DNA from: Psilocybe cubensis
Lineage: Eukaryota
Length of the DNA: 64,000 nt
NCBI GenBank assembly: GCA_017499595.2
Contig: CM039000.1
Location: 2,356,001-2,420,000, forward strand
Direction of reading: 5' to 3'
The position numbers and the translations under genes are program-made. This document shows positions 28,494-39,132 of this stretch, piece by piece; the stretch's first letter is position 1, and every line of letters starts with the position of its first letter. The notes below the pieces were generated by a model. It did no database searches and was not told the DNA's origin. It worked only from the letters and a program-made list of their open reading frames with translations.

Positions 28494-31296
28494 ATGTCCT
28501 CCTCTGTAGCAGGACTTGGTACCGAGATTGTTGGAGTTATCAATAAGCTCCAAGATGTATTCACCTCTATTGGCACGCAAGCACAGGGGAACATAGATTT
28601 ACCCCAAATATGTGTTCTTGGTAGTCAGAGTAGCGGGAAGAGTAGTGTTCTGGAGGTATGCGATCGACTTTCAAGAACGTGGTATTCACTATTTATCGCA
28701 ATTCTCTTTCTTAGAACATAGTCGGTCGCGATTTCCTGCCTCGTGGTACAGGCATTGTTACTCGACGCCCCTTGGTATGCCACTTGCTAGTAGCCTGTCA
28801 GAAAGAGTTTCAACTGACTTGCCTTCTAGGTTTTACAACTTATCAATAGAAGTGCCGGAAGTAATGCCAGTACGTGTTGCAACATCAATTCGTGCCACAT
28901 CGTTGACCCTAATCTGACCTTCCTTTAAGCGAATGGAATCGACCGAACAAACGACGCCAAAGCTAACGCGGATGAATGGGGTGAATTTCTTCATCTTCCC
29001 GGCGAGAAATTTTATGACTTCCACAAAATTCGCGACGAGATCATCCGGGATACAGAAGCAAAGACGGGCAAGAATGCAGGCATCTCCCCCCAGCCCATAA
29101 ATCTGCGTATCTACTCTCCCAATGTTCTCACCCTCACCCTTGTCGATCTTCCTGGGTTGACAAAGGTACCAGTTGGTGACCAGCCTCGCGACATTGAGAA
29201 GCAGATTCGTGAGATGTTGATGAAATATATCTCTAAACCTGCTTGTATTATTCTTGCCGTTACCGCTGCCAATACAGATCTGGCCAATTCGGATGGTCTG
29301 AAGATGGCTCGTGAGGTGGATCCCGAAGGAACGAGGACAATTGGTGTTCTGACAAAAGTTGATTTGATGTACGTCATTTTTACTATCTGCGCTACAGCTC
29401 CCCTCATATTGGCAAAATGATAGGGACAAAGGAACAGATGTAGTTGATATTCTTGCCGGACGAATTATCCCTCTCCGATTGGGCTACGTTCCAGTCGTCA
29501 ACAGAGGTCAACGCGACATCGAACAGAACAAAGCCATCAGTGCCGCCCTCGAAAATGAGAGAGAGTTCTTCGAGAACCACCCATCGTATAAAGGCAAAGC
29601 CCAATTCTGCGGTACACCATTCTTAGCAAGGAAGCTCAACATGGTGAGCTTTTGGTTTTGTTTTAAACCTTCAGGATTGATTAAATATGTGTGAATAGAT
29701 CCTCATGCACCATATTCGAGCTACCCTCCCTGACATCAAAGCACGCATCCAGCAAAATCTTCAGAAGTATAACGCGGAATTGATGTCTCTAGGAGGCCCT
29801 ATGGGTGATGGAAACTCAGGAAACATTGTGCTTTCAGTGATAACTGAATTTACATCCGAGTTCCGTACAACGATTGACGGTAATAGCAACGAATTATCGT
29901 CAAATGAGCTATCAGGAGGAGCCAGAATCAGTTTTGTCTTCCACGAGTTGTTTAACAATGGCATTAAGAGCATCGATCCATTCGACCAGGTCAAGGATGG
30001 TGATATCAGGACCATTCTTTACAACTCTTCTGTGGGTTTTGTCACTTGATTTGTTATGTTAAGTATTGATATTTATTTTCAACATCAGGGTTCAACGCCA
30101 GCATTGTTTGTTGGAACTCAAGCTTTCGAGGTCATTGTCAAGCAGCAGATCAAACGTTTAGAAGAGCCTAGTTTGAAGTGCTGTCAGTTGGTTTACGACG
30201 AGCTTATTCGAATTCTCGGCCAGCTTCTTACGAAAGTGGTATGAGAGGTTCACTTTTGCTCGCTGTGCTAACGCAGCTGATACACATTCTTTACAGCAAG
30301 CATTCCGGAGGTATCCTGCCCTGAGGGAGCGTTTCAACGCTGTTGTTGTCAATTTCTTCAAGACGGCGATGAATCCTACGAATAAACTGGTGCAAGATAT
30401 GGTTGCGTACGTGATTACATCCTTACCTGTGAACCCGGCTCATGAACACTCTTTAGCATGCAAGCTTGCTACGTTAACACAACGCATCCCGATTTCATTG
30501 GCGGCCACAAGGCACGTAACCTACTCTCTTCTGTTGAGGTTGTGTTTTTTTAATTAATGGTTCTGCAGGCCACTGCCTTAGTCAATGACCGTATCAACGC
30601 GAGCAAACCTCCACCGGCTGCTGCTGACCCCAAGAACCCAAGGGCGAGTGTCAACAACAACAAGGATCTCGATGTTGATATCAAGAAGGAGGAGACTGGC
30701 TTCTTCGGTTCATTCTTCGCTCCCAAAGCTGGTCCGAAGAAGAAGGGCGTCGCCGCTATGGATGCACCTCCTCCCACCATCCGGCCACAGAGTGCGTTGA
30801 ATGAACGCGAGACCATGGAAACTGAGGTCATCAGTGCGTAAAATTTCTTATGTATCTATGCTGTGAAGTCTGATGATGGTTACCGTATTTTTTTTTATCT
30901 CTTCGTTGACCATCTATGAATACACGATCGTCTTCGAATTCTGCCGGTCGTGTTTCCGTTCGATACAGAACTATTGATCCACTCATATTTCAATATCGTG
31001 AAACGGGAGATGATTGATATGGTGCCAAAAGCAATATCCCTAACGCTTGTTAACCACTCCAAGGAGAATTTGCAGCGAGAGCTTCTACAAGAGCTCTACA
31101 AACCTGATGTGCTGGATGAGCTCCTGAAGGAGAGTGACTATGTCGTCAGCCGGAGAAAGGAGCTGCTACAAATGGTGGCTGCGCTCAACAAGGCAGAGGA
31201 GTACGTCATCTTTTATTCGTAGCCATCGTCATACCATGTATTTGAAAACTGACCCGTGTCTGTTTTTCTTTTCTTAGGATCGTGGCGGGTGTTTAA
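28494..31296 (+). CDS. VPS1: Dynamin-like GTPase Vps1
   Basis: '[20 protein letters not shown]', '[16 protein letters not shown]', 'GVLTKVD', middle domain '[14 protein letters not shown]', insert-B 'GFFGSFF', GED '[17 protein letters not shown]'. Confidence 0.93.
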
Positions 31297-32977
31297 ATGT
31301 GATCTATAGACATTGTATAGATCGCGGCAGTTTTTACACTAATAGTAGTTGTTCCTTTCCCTTGGGACTCTTTCCTTCCTTTTTCTAATTTCGCGATATC
31401 CGTAATACCTATTCCAGCCATCCATGATTCACTGTCGATCTCTCATACCATGCTCTTTTCTTGTCGCACGTCTTTCTTTTCCGCAATCTGTCATATTTTT
31501 TCTTTTCACGCAAATGGTCTATCGAATGCCATCCAAGTACCATAAATACCCTCTATATACTTTGGATTGTTGAGTAATAGTCATTCTATCTCTTTCTCTG
31601 CAATCGAATTCATCATCAAACGATGGTTGATCGGGTAGGAGTCTATCAAACTAAAACGTCATGATTTGGATGCTGCGTTCTTTGGTAAAACGGTACGTTG
31701 GCCGAGGGGAGCTAAAATTAGGTTGTGAACAAAGAAACAATCACCTTTGTGATCCGTGTTGGATAGGGATAGAACAATAAATTCACAAACTGCTTTGATA
31801 TTTTAGAAGACTGATAGATGGATAGAGATAACGGGGGTGAAAGATGTAGCACTACACACATCTCTAAAACAAAGGCTGTCCGTACTATTCATGAAAAGAA
31901 CGACAACTTACGACTTTGTGCGGCATCGGTCATTGTCGGCCAAGGAGAGCGATATGTGACAGTTTGTTGATGTGCGTTCAATGAAAATGAATCTTTCGGA
32001 CCATGGATGGGGTAAAGACGCCCGAGCTAGTCGACTGCAGGATTGTCCCCTTGTCGTCTCGTAAAGACGATCGATGAGCCGCCCTAAAATTTTCAAGGTA
32101 CCCTGAAAATTTCAGCCTTGACACGTACGGGTGGCTGTGCAAGCGCCTGCGGAACACGTACTCCCGCGACAAGTTATACATAGCGCAGTTCAAAGAAATG
32201 CGATGCTCGCGGATATCTGTCAGATGGGAAGCTATAGCACCAGGCGCCCACATCGTAAGTTATCAATATCCAGCGTTTGTTGTAATCTATGTTGTAATCT
32301 AATCGATTGATTGATATTGTTCATCTTGGCTTGGGAAAATGAACCCATATTGGGAATGAATGAAAGCGATAGGGTGCGAGAATGGAAGCGCAGGGGTTGT
32401 CGGCTGTCTGCGGCGATAGGAATGGGATGGATGGGGTTAGATTACTGCCAGAAAGTAGACACAGAAACAGATACGCAGGCATAGAAAGACTTGAACTGAG
32501 TGAGAATATGCATCCAGTTGAAAGGGAAGGGAGGCAGGAATGGTGCAAAGTCACATGATTGTCCACTGTAATGTCATTGTCAGCCCCCTGGTTTGAATAG
32601 CCGGAGGGAACCACCAAGGCAGACAGCGCTGGAGGACTGTGCATGTTATACAGGCCATTGAGGGATGAGTGTGCCCGGGAGGTGAGTGTAAAAGGGGGCG
32701 GATGTGGATTCAGATTCGGTTCACAGACAAGTTGCCAGGCTGATTGCGGTTGCCAGGGTGGGTTGCCAGTACGCCTTGCAGCCAGAGCTCCCCTGGGGCG
32801 GTGGGGGCGCGGGGGCGGAGATTATGAGCATGAGAGGACGTGCGGGGCGGCGGCGGCGATGGAGGAGACGATGGGCAACGAGGGAGGGCAGTGGCGAGGG
32901 CCATGCAATGGAGACAAAGCAAGAGGCGTTACGTAAGACAGGGAGAAACGGGCTGTCGGAGTTTGAATATTGAGACG

Positions 32978-32984
32978 TATATAA
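32978..32984 (+). promoter_or_regulatory. TATA box upstream of the TBP gene
   Basis: TATATAA about 90 bp upstream of the ATG, followed by a CT-rich leader. Confidence 0.55.
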
Positions 32985-33068
32985 GGCGGGGGTTGTGAGT
33001 TGGATCCATCCTTCCTTTCCCCCCACTTGTACTTTCCCACGCTCGTCTAGAATTTATTTTTTTTGAAC

Positions 33069-34273
33069 ATGTCGTTTGCGCTCCCTGCCCGCCAGATTAC
33101 CTTTGGCCGCAACACCCAGCAGCAGCCATACCAGTTCCAGCAGCCCCAGCAGATCCCCTCAGCCGGCGCCATCGCTCTTCCCGGCGGTGGCACCTTCCAG
33201 AACACCCAGTCCACTGCCAACGGTGTCTCTCTTCCAGGGCCCTCACCCTTGTCCAACTCCTTTACCCAACCCCAGCCCGTCTCAAAGCTACCCACCCCTC
33301 CCGCAGCTGTCTCTGCCGTCGCGTCCAATGCCGTTGCAGGTCCCTCGACGCCACCCGCGTCCCAGGTCCCTGCCACTCCTGCCGCGTTGACCCTCGAACA
33401 GCAGCACATCACTGCTGTTGAGGGTATCGTGCCCACCCTCCAAAACATCGTCGCCACGGTTAATCTGGACTGCCGGCTAGATCTCAAGACCATCGCCCTC
33501 CACGCTAGGAATGCAGAGTATAACCCCAAGGTTGGTACATATACTATCATCTAACACGCGACATGTCGAACTGTTGTTGTTTGTTCGCATGTGTTTAGCG
33601 TTTTGCAGCTGTTATCATGCGTATTCGCGACCCCAAGACTACCGCGCTCATTTTCGCGTCGGGAAAGATGGTCGTCACGGGTGCCAAGTCTGAAGACGAT
33701 TCTCGTCTGGCGTCGCGCAAATACGCGCGTATCGTCCAGAAGCTCGGCTTTGACGCCAAGTTCTCCGAGTTCAAGATTCAGAACATCGTTGGCAGTTGTG
33801 ATGTCAAGTTCCCCATTCGTTTGGAGGGACTGGCTTATAGCCACGGACAGTTCAGCAGCTACGAGCCAGAGGTAACAGTAATCCACTATTTTTTTGTACG
33901 TTAGCTCACCGTCCGGTCAGCTGTTCCCTGGATTGATCTATCGTATGATCAAGCCCAAGGTTGTCCTACTCATTTTCGTCTCAGGCAAGATCGTCTTGAC
34001 TGGTGCTAAAGTGAGTCTTTTCCTCCTCTCATTTCCAAGACATCTCTATGCCAAAATCTTTCAACCAATGCCATCCTTTCGGGTGACACCAATTGGATTA
34101 AAGGCTGGATGATGTCTTTGGGAAGGCTTGATCGGCCTTCCATTTGCATTCAGTGGACCCGGTTCAATTCCATCCGCTGACACTTTGTTTCTCTCGACCT
34201 TCAGGTCAGGGAAGAGATTTATACCGCGTTCAACACGATATACACTGTGCTGTGCGAATTCCGCAAGCCTTGA
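33069..34273 (+). CDS. SPT15: TATA-binding protein
   Basis: '[87 protein letters not shown]...[13 protein letters not shown]'; 3 introns, the last 194 nt long. Confidence 0.98.
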
Positions 34274-35056
34274 TATGTTTTCTCATGCGCTGGTACTCTT
34301 ATTCCCTCTGCTGCCAACCTACCTCGTCGCGTTGGCCCTTCTTCGTTGTTCCGATGCGCCATTCGATCTGGACGCTGTTTACCATTTGTAAATGCGGCAA
34401 ATCGCGCGAGGTCGGCAAGGTTGCGCAGGAGAGGAACCAACCACCTACAAAAAAATCATCATAATGTCCGGAAGAGCTTGGATTGTAGTGCACGTCCCCT
34501 TTTCCGCCTCACGTTTGTCTTCCACCCATAAATCTCGCTGGTCTTCTTGACGACATTACAATAATCTTATATTTTTTTCGTCTTTTGTGGTACAATTTTC
34601 TTTTTTTTTTCTCATGCAATCATCATCATATCCCCCATCACACACATACATACATACATACATTGTTCATGACTCTTTTGCAACTTCGCACATTCTGTAT
34701 ATACACCGAAACAATATAGCACTTTCTTTTTTTTGAGTGCGACACCGAGGCGCCTGGAGAAAACATTAACCTCCCCTTAAGTTTATCTGCTTGTAAAGTC
34801 AGTTTGACAGAATTGTTCATTCAGATATCAACCAGCCTTATTTAGCAGAAAGGAGTTGCTCTCCAGATAGTTTGTGATATCATAACCCTCATACATTCAA
34901 GACATCTGGCTCGTTTGTTCGAGTTGGCAGCCTAAGGCTAAAACTCTAGCTCATGCATTTCAACGTGGACTACATATTTTTCAAGTTTGTGACGATCTCT
35001 TGCTCAATCAGCCCCTCCTGGCTTGCTTTCCTGGCCGCGCTTCCAAAGCTACTGTC

Positions 35057-37083
35057 ATGGTCCATCTGAACTTTTCAAAGCTATCTGCTCTATTTGCATA
35101 TGACTTGAAGTCTGTTGCGTACAAACCGGCTCCTGGATCGAGTCCGCAGGGAGCAGCTTCTCTACAATCTCAGACTCCCATGGCTAGAACTACAGAGGCA
35201 CAGTTTACCCCTTCATTCCTGACATTCGGCAAAGCGTCTGCGACGGCTCTGCAGCAGCGACAGGAAGGGGATAAGCAGCCTAAAAGCATGGACGCTGACT
35301 CTTGTGGAGAGCAAACTTATGATTCTCCGCCTGTTCTCAGTCAGGATTTTCCGCCTTATGATCAGACGACGGCGAATGTGTATAGGTACAGGCAACAACA
35401 GTCGGTCAATCTGGGCTCTTGGTAAGCCTTTCCTCTCAATCACCTCTACCAATGCACGACTAAAATGCGCACAAATTAATCACAGGTTCGTGCACGAAAA
35501 TTGGATGACACCTTCCGTGTTCAAATGTGCTTCTGGACCCAAAATCGCTGAGATTGACATCGCGCGTGGCTGGGGGTCCACAAAATCTGCTCGCGCTGTT
35601 CTAGAGCGCCACTGGGATACTTTTATCCAATCCTCAGACTTTGAGTACTTGGCTTCGATAGGGATAAATACCGTCCGTCTACCCATTGGCTACTGGAATC
35701 TGGGACCGGACTATATGCAGGGCACAGACTTTGAGCCCGTGGCTGATGTGTATGCAAATTGCTGGCCTCGTGTTCTTCGTGCTATCAACCAGGCAGGCGA
35801 ACATGGCCTAGGAGTCCTTGTCGATCTTCACGGCGCTGTAGGCAGTCAAAACGGGCAGCCACACTCTGGTATCTCGGACGGACAAATTAATCTATTCAAT
35901 GTGTCGAGCAACATGGAAAAAACTGTTTCTATTCTAACCTTTCTTGCAGATAAACTATCGGTTGTCAATAACGTCGTAGGAATCCAGTTACTAAATGAAC
36001 CACGATATGACTCAGGTTTGGAAGATTTTTGTAGGTTATCTACCCTTTGACATGCTATTGGCGCGATTTAACACAATCTGGATCAGATAGTCGTGCCATT
36101 GACGCTATTAGAGAAAGTTCGCAACCTGCGAGCAAGCTTCCGCTGTATCTTCACGATGCATTTGATCTTGCTCGATTTTCGAAGTATGTGTCTTCAAGGC
36201 AAGACTTCATCGTTCAAGACCACCATTCGTACTTCGTCTTCTCCGAAACAAACGTGCAGGAATCTGGGTCGCAGCTTACCGTCGATGTCGATGGTGCGAT
36301 TGCGAGCTCATTGTTGGATGTCGCTGCAAAACAACGCCGAAATCTAGTCGTCAATGAATGGTCCTGTGCACTCACGCCATCGAGCTTGGCTAAAGAGAAA
36401 AATGCTCATGATATTCAGAAAAAGTTTTGCGAGGAGCAAATGAAAGTGTATAGAAATGCTACGGCAGGATGGGCTTTTTGGTGTAAGTTTCCTCCTCTTC
36501 CTTTGAAAATTAAAACGCAGGCTAAGTATTTCTTTGGGCAGCATATAAGAAAGAAGAATGCGACAGCGACCCAGGATGGTGCTTTAAAGCTGCTGTTGGG
36601 AAAACACTCCCGGAGAGTTTCTTTTCCTACAGCAAATTGAAATCCATTGCTTTTCAAAACGACGAAATAACAAACACGAGCGAGCTTCTAATACCTACCG
36701 TTTCAACGGATAACTTAAACCTCTTTCAACAAGTCGAATTTTCTTTGAGGGGTCGAACGACTAAAAAAGACCGGAAGCAACTTGCTGACCGACAGATCCC
36801 CCATAGGTTCCGGGCTATTCATCTGCAACGAGATACCGACAATGTTCAATCCGACGAAGCGCTGAAGAACTCTAGCTCGAAGGGATATTCAGACGGTCTG
36901 ACGACTGCTAAAGTTTTTGCTGCATATAATATGTCAATGCTGGGTTTTACAGGCCAATTCATCCAGGATGCTATTCGGGCGGCTGGTCCCACTTTGGTTG
37001 CGCAAGGAACCGAAGATGGCTACAGTTCAGCGTTCATGCAGGGCTTAAGGAGCGGGCAGCGTGCAGCAATGGAACACAAATGA
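35057..37083 (+). CDS. GH5 exo-1,3-beta-glucanase-like protein, no clear signal peptide
   Basis: 'RYRQQQSVNLGSWFVHENWM', 'GINTVRLPIGYW', 'DLHGAVGSQNGQPHSG', acid/base 'LLNEP', nucleophile 'VVNEWS', 'AGWAFW'. Confidence 0.88.
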
Positions 37084-37791
37084 AAGCCTTACGACGGGAA
37101 GAAGCATACTAGTATTAGTTACGGATAATTCCATATATTAGTGGTTCCATAGGATCAGGCTTGATCAGAATTATCGGGTTCTGGCACATAGTCGAAGAAA
37201 GGATTGGGTAAAGGGATAAAGCTGTTTGGCAGCATGTCTTTGCAGGTCTTTGCATGTATTGAGGATGCACATGCCGCCTTTCGGCATTGATCAGCATTGC
37301 CTAATACATCGATTGAGCGCTAGAGCTTACCTACTTCATTCTGATACACTCATGTCCCTCAATTACTCGGCTAGCAGAATTTTATCTAAGGAGTCCCAGG
37401 AGGTGGCAAGCATGTCTATTTAAATGATGATATGCAGTACTTCTCTGGCCTGGCAACTATTTGTGTAGTAAGGTGAAACTTTGCAAACTAGTCCAAGCCA
37501 ACCTCTCACTATAGACCCTTCAAGTCGGCAATTATAATCTCTAGATGCTTCGTTCACTCGTCTTTTGCTGAGTAACTTGACTCAATCACTATCGAAGAAA
37601 CCATGCACTGTCGGAAAATAATCGACCAGCAGGACGGATGTCAATATCTTTGCCGATTTCAAGTCTGAAACTGTCTGTCCAGCCTTCCACCCAATATTTG
37701 AGAGAAGGTCAGACCACAGATAGGATTTGTCTAATAATCTAAGCTTCTATCCTGCGTTGAGGCTTGGTCGTTGTTTGGTAGGGGTCACTCC

Positions 37792-38760
37792 ATGAGTCCT
37801 GCCTACCTTAGTGAGCGTCGTAACGATATCGTCAACCAGACACTGGTTAATGCGACCCAAGGCATCAACCGTCCGCTCTGTAAGCCCTACATTTTAATCC
37901 TAAGCTTGTATGTGTTTCCATTGAAAAGTTCCGCAGTTATGATTCTGCTTCTTGCGTTTCTCATTTTCATCCTCTATATAATCTTTTCGATGGGACATCT
38001 CTGCGTCAGGAGAGCGGCAAGTTTCACACCCCCAGGACCCCTAGACCCCGAATCCAAAATTTTTACTGAGAAGGCCGAACACGTCCGCTCCTCTCGCTTT
38101 GCATTTGTCAAGTCTCCATACGACGCGTTTTCTCGGTACACCGAACAAGTTGCATTCAGCGGCGCACATAAGGGGAGAAGCAACAGAAGCTTGCCCTATT
38201 CCGGCACAAAGCTGGTATCTCTTGCTTCACCTCTAGGAACAACTCCCCCTCTCCCACCTCCATCATACAAATCTCCTTCTCAGGCTTCATTGATGCCTCC
38301 TTGGTCAATTCAAAACTCATCTGGCTTTCCAGATGTCACAACGCAGAGGACTCAGACGCCTTACGTAGCGCATACTAGAATCCCAAAGCGTCGTCTGGCG
38401 AATATTTCAAAATTGCGAATCACAAAAAAATCGAATCCTCCGTCCATCTCAAAGCCAATCATGCACCCGGAGGGTCCCCTGCCAGGACCTCGCATCGAGG
38501 TGGAATATCTCAAGTCCCCTAAAGCTACTTTGAAACCTTGTATCGCACCTCGATCTATGCAGCATGGTGTCGTTCAACTTCCGGCAATTTACTTGCCATC
38601 TCCATCTCAGGCGTATATTTTCAATAACAAAGAATCTCCTTCCGTAAAAGATCGAAGCAAACATTTTCTATCTGTAGGAGGAGGAGGATCATTCGCTTCA
38701 CATGGTCCACCCAAATTAGACCTAGCCTATTCATCATCTCAAATCGGCCTTGCATTTTAA
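37792..38760 (+). CDS. Uncharacterised single-pass membrane protein with a Pro/Ser/Lys-rich cytosolic tail
   Basis: 329-codon ORF with a probable in-frame 57-nt intron at 37880-37936. Sequons NQT and NAT precede the hydrophobic 'MILLLAFLIFILYIIFSMGHLCV', which is followed by RR. Confidence 0.6.
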   Translation: MSPAYLSERRNDIVNQTLVNATQGINRPLCKPYILILSLYVFPLKSSAVMILLLAFLIFILYIIFSMGHLCVRRAASFTPPGPLDPESKIFTEKAEHVRSSRFAFVKSPYDAFSRYTEQVAFSGAHKGRSNRSLPYSGTKLVSLASPLGTTPPLPPPSYKSPSQASLMPPWSIQNSSGFPDVTTQRTQTPYVAHTRIPKRRLANISKLRITKKSNPPSISKPIMHPEGPLPGPRIEVEYLKSPKATLKPCIAPRSMQHGVVQLPAIYLPSPSQAYIFNNKESPSVKDRSKHFLSVGGGGSFASHGPPKLDLAYSSSQIGLAF

Positions 38761-39132
38761 CTCGAAAGAAATGAGCTTGTTACATACCCCGTTTTAGCAT
38801 CAAATCATGCCTTTGTACACATTGCTACTGCACACTACATTCATTTATAAAAGTACACTCGTTTACAAAATACAGATGCTGTACTGTCCTTTTATAAGTA
38901 AATTTATGGCTCCAATTTGGTAATATTACATTTTGTGAATAGGATCACTGCATTGCTATTACGATGTTCAAAATACTCTAGTGCTATCTACTTGATGATG
39001 ACATTAGCATAAGTGAGTCATTGAAGAAATACTGTAGTAACGGTAAGAAGTACCAATGAAACGAAGGAACATGCTATTTAAATTAGATAAAAAATTGGTA
39101 CGTAAATGAATGAAATGGATCCAGATGACGTT

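Noticed and set aside
34104..34183. Box C/D snoRNA in the TBP intron
   Set aside because: The C box is imperfect (GATGATGT), the only terminal CTGA is the branch point, and I recognise no rRNA antisense element. Kept only as a structured-intron finding.
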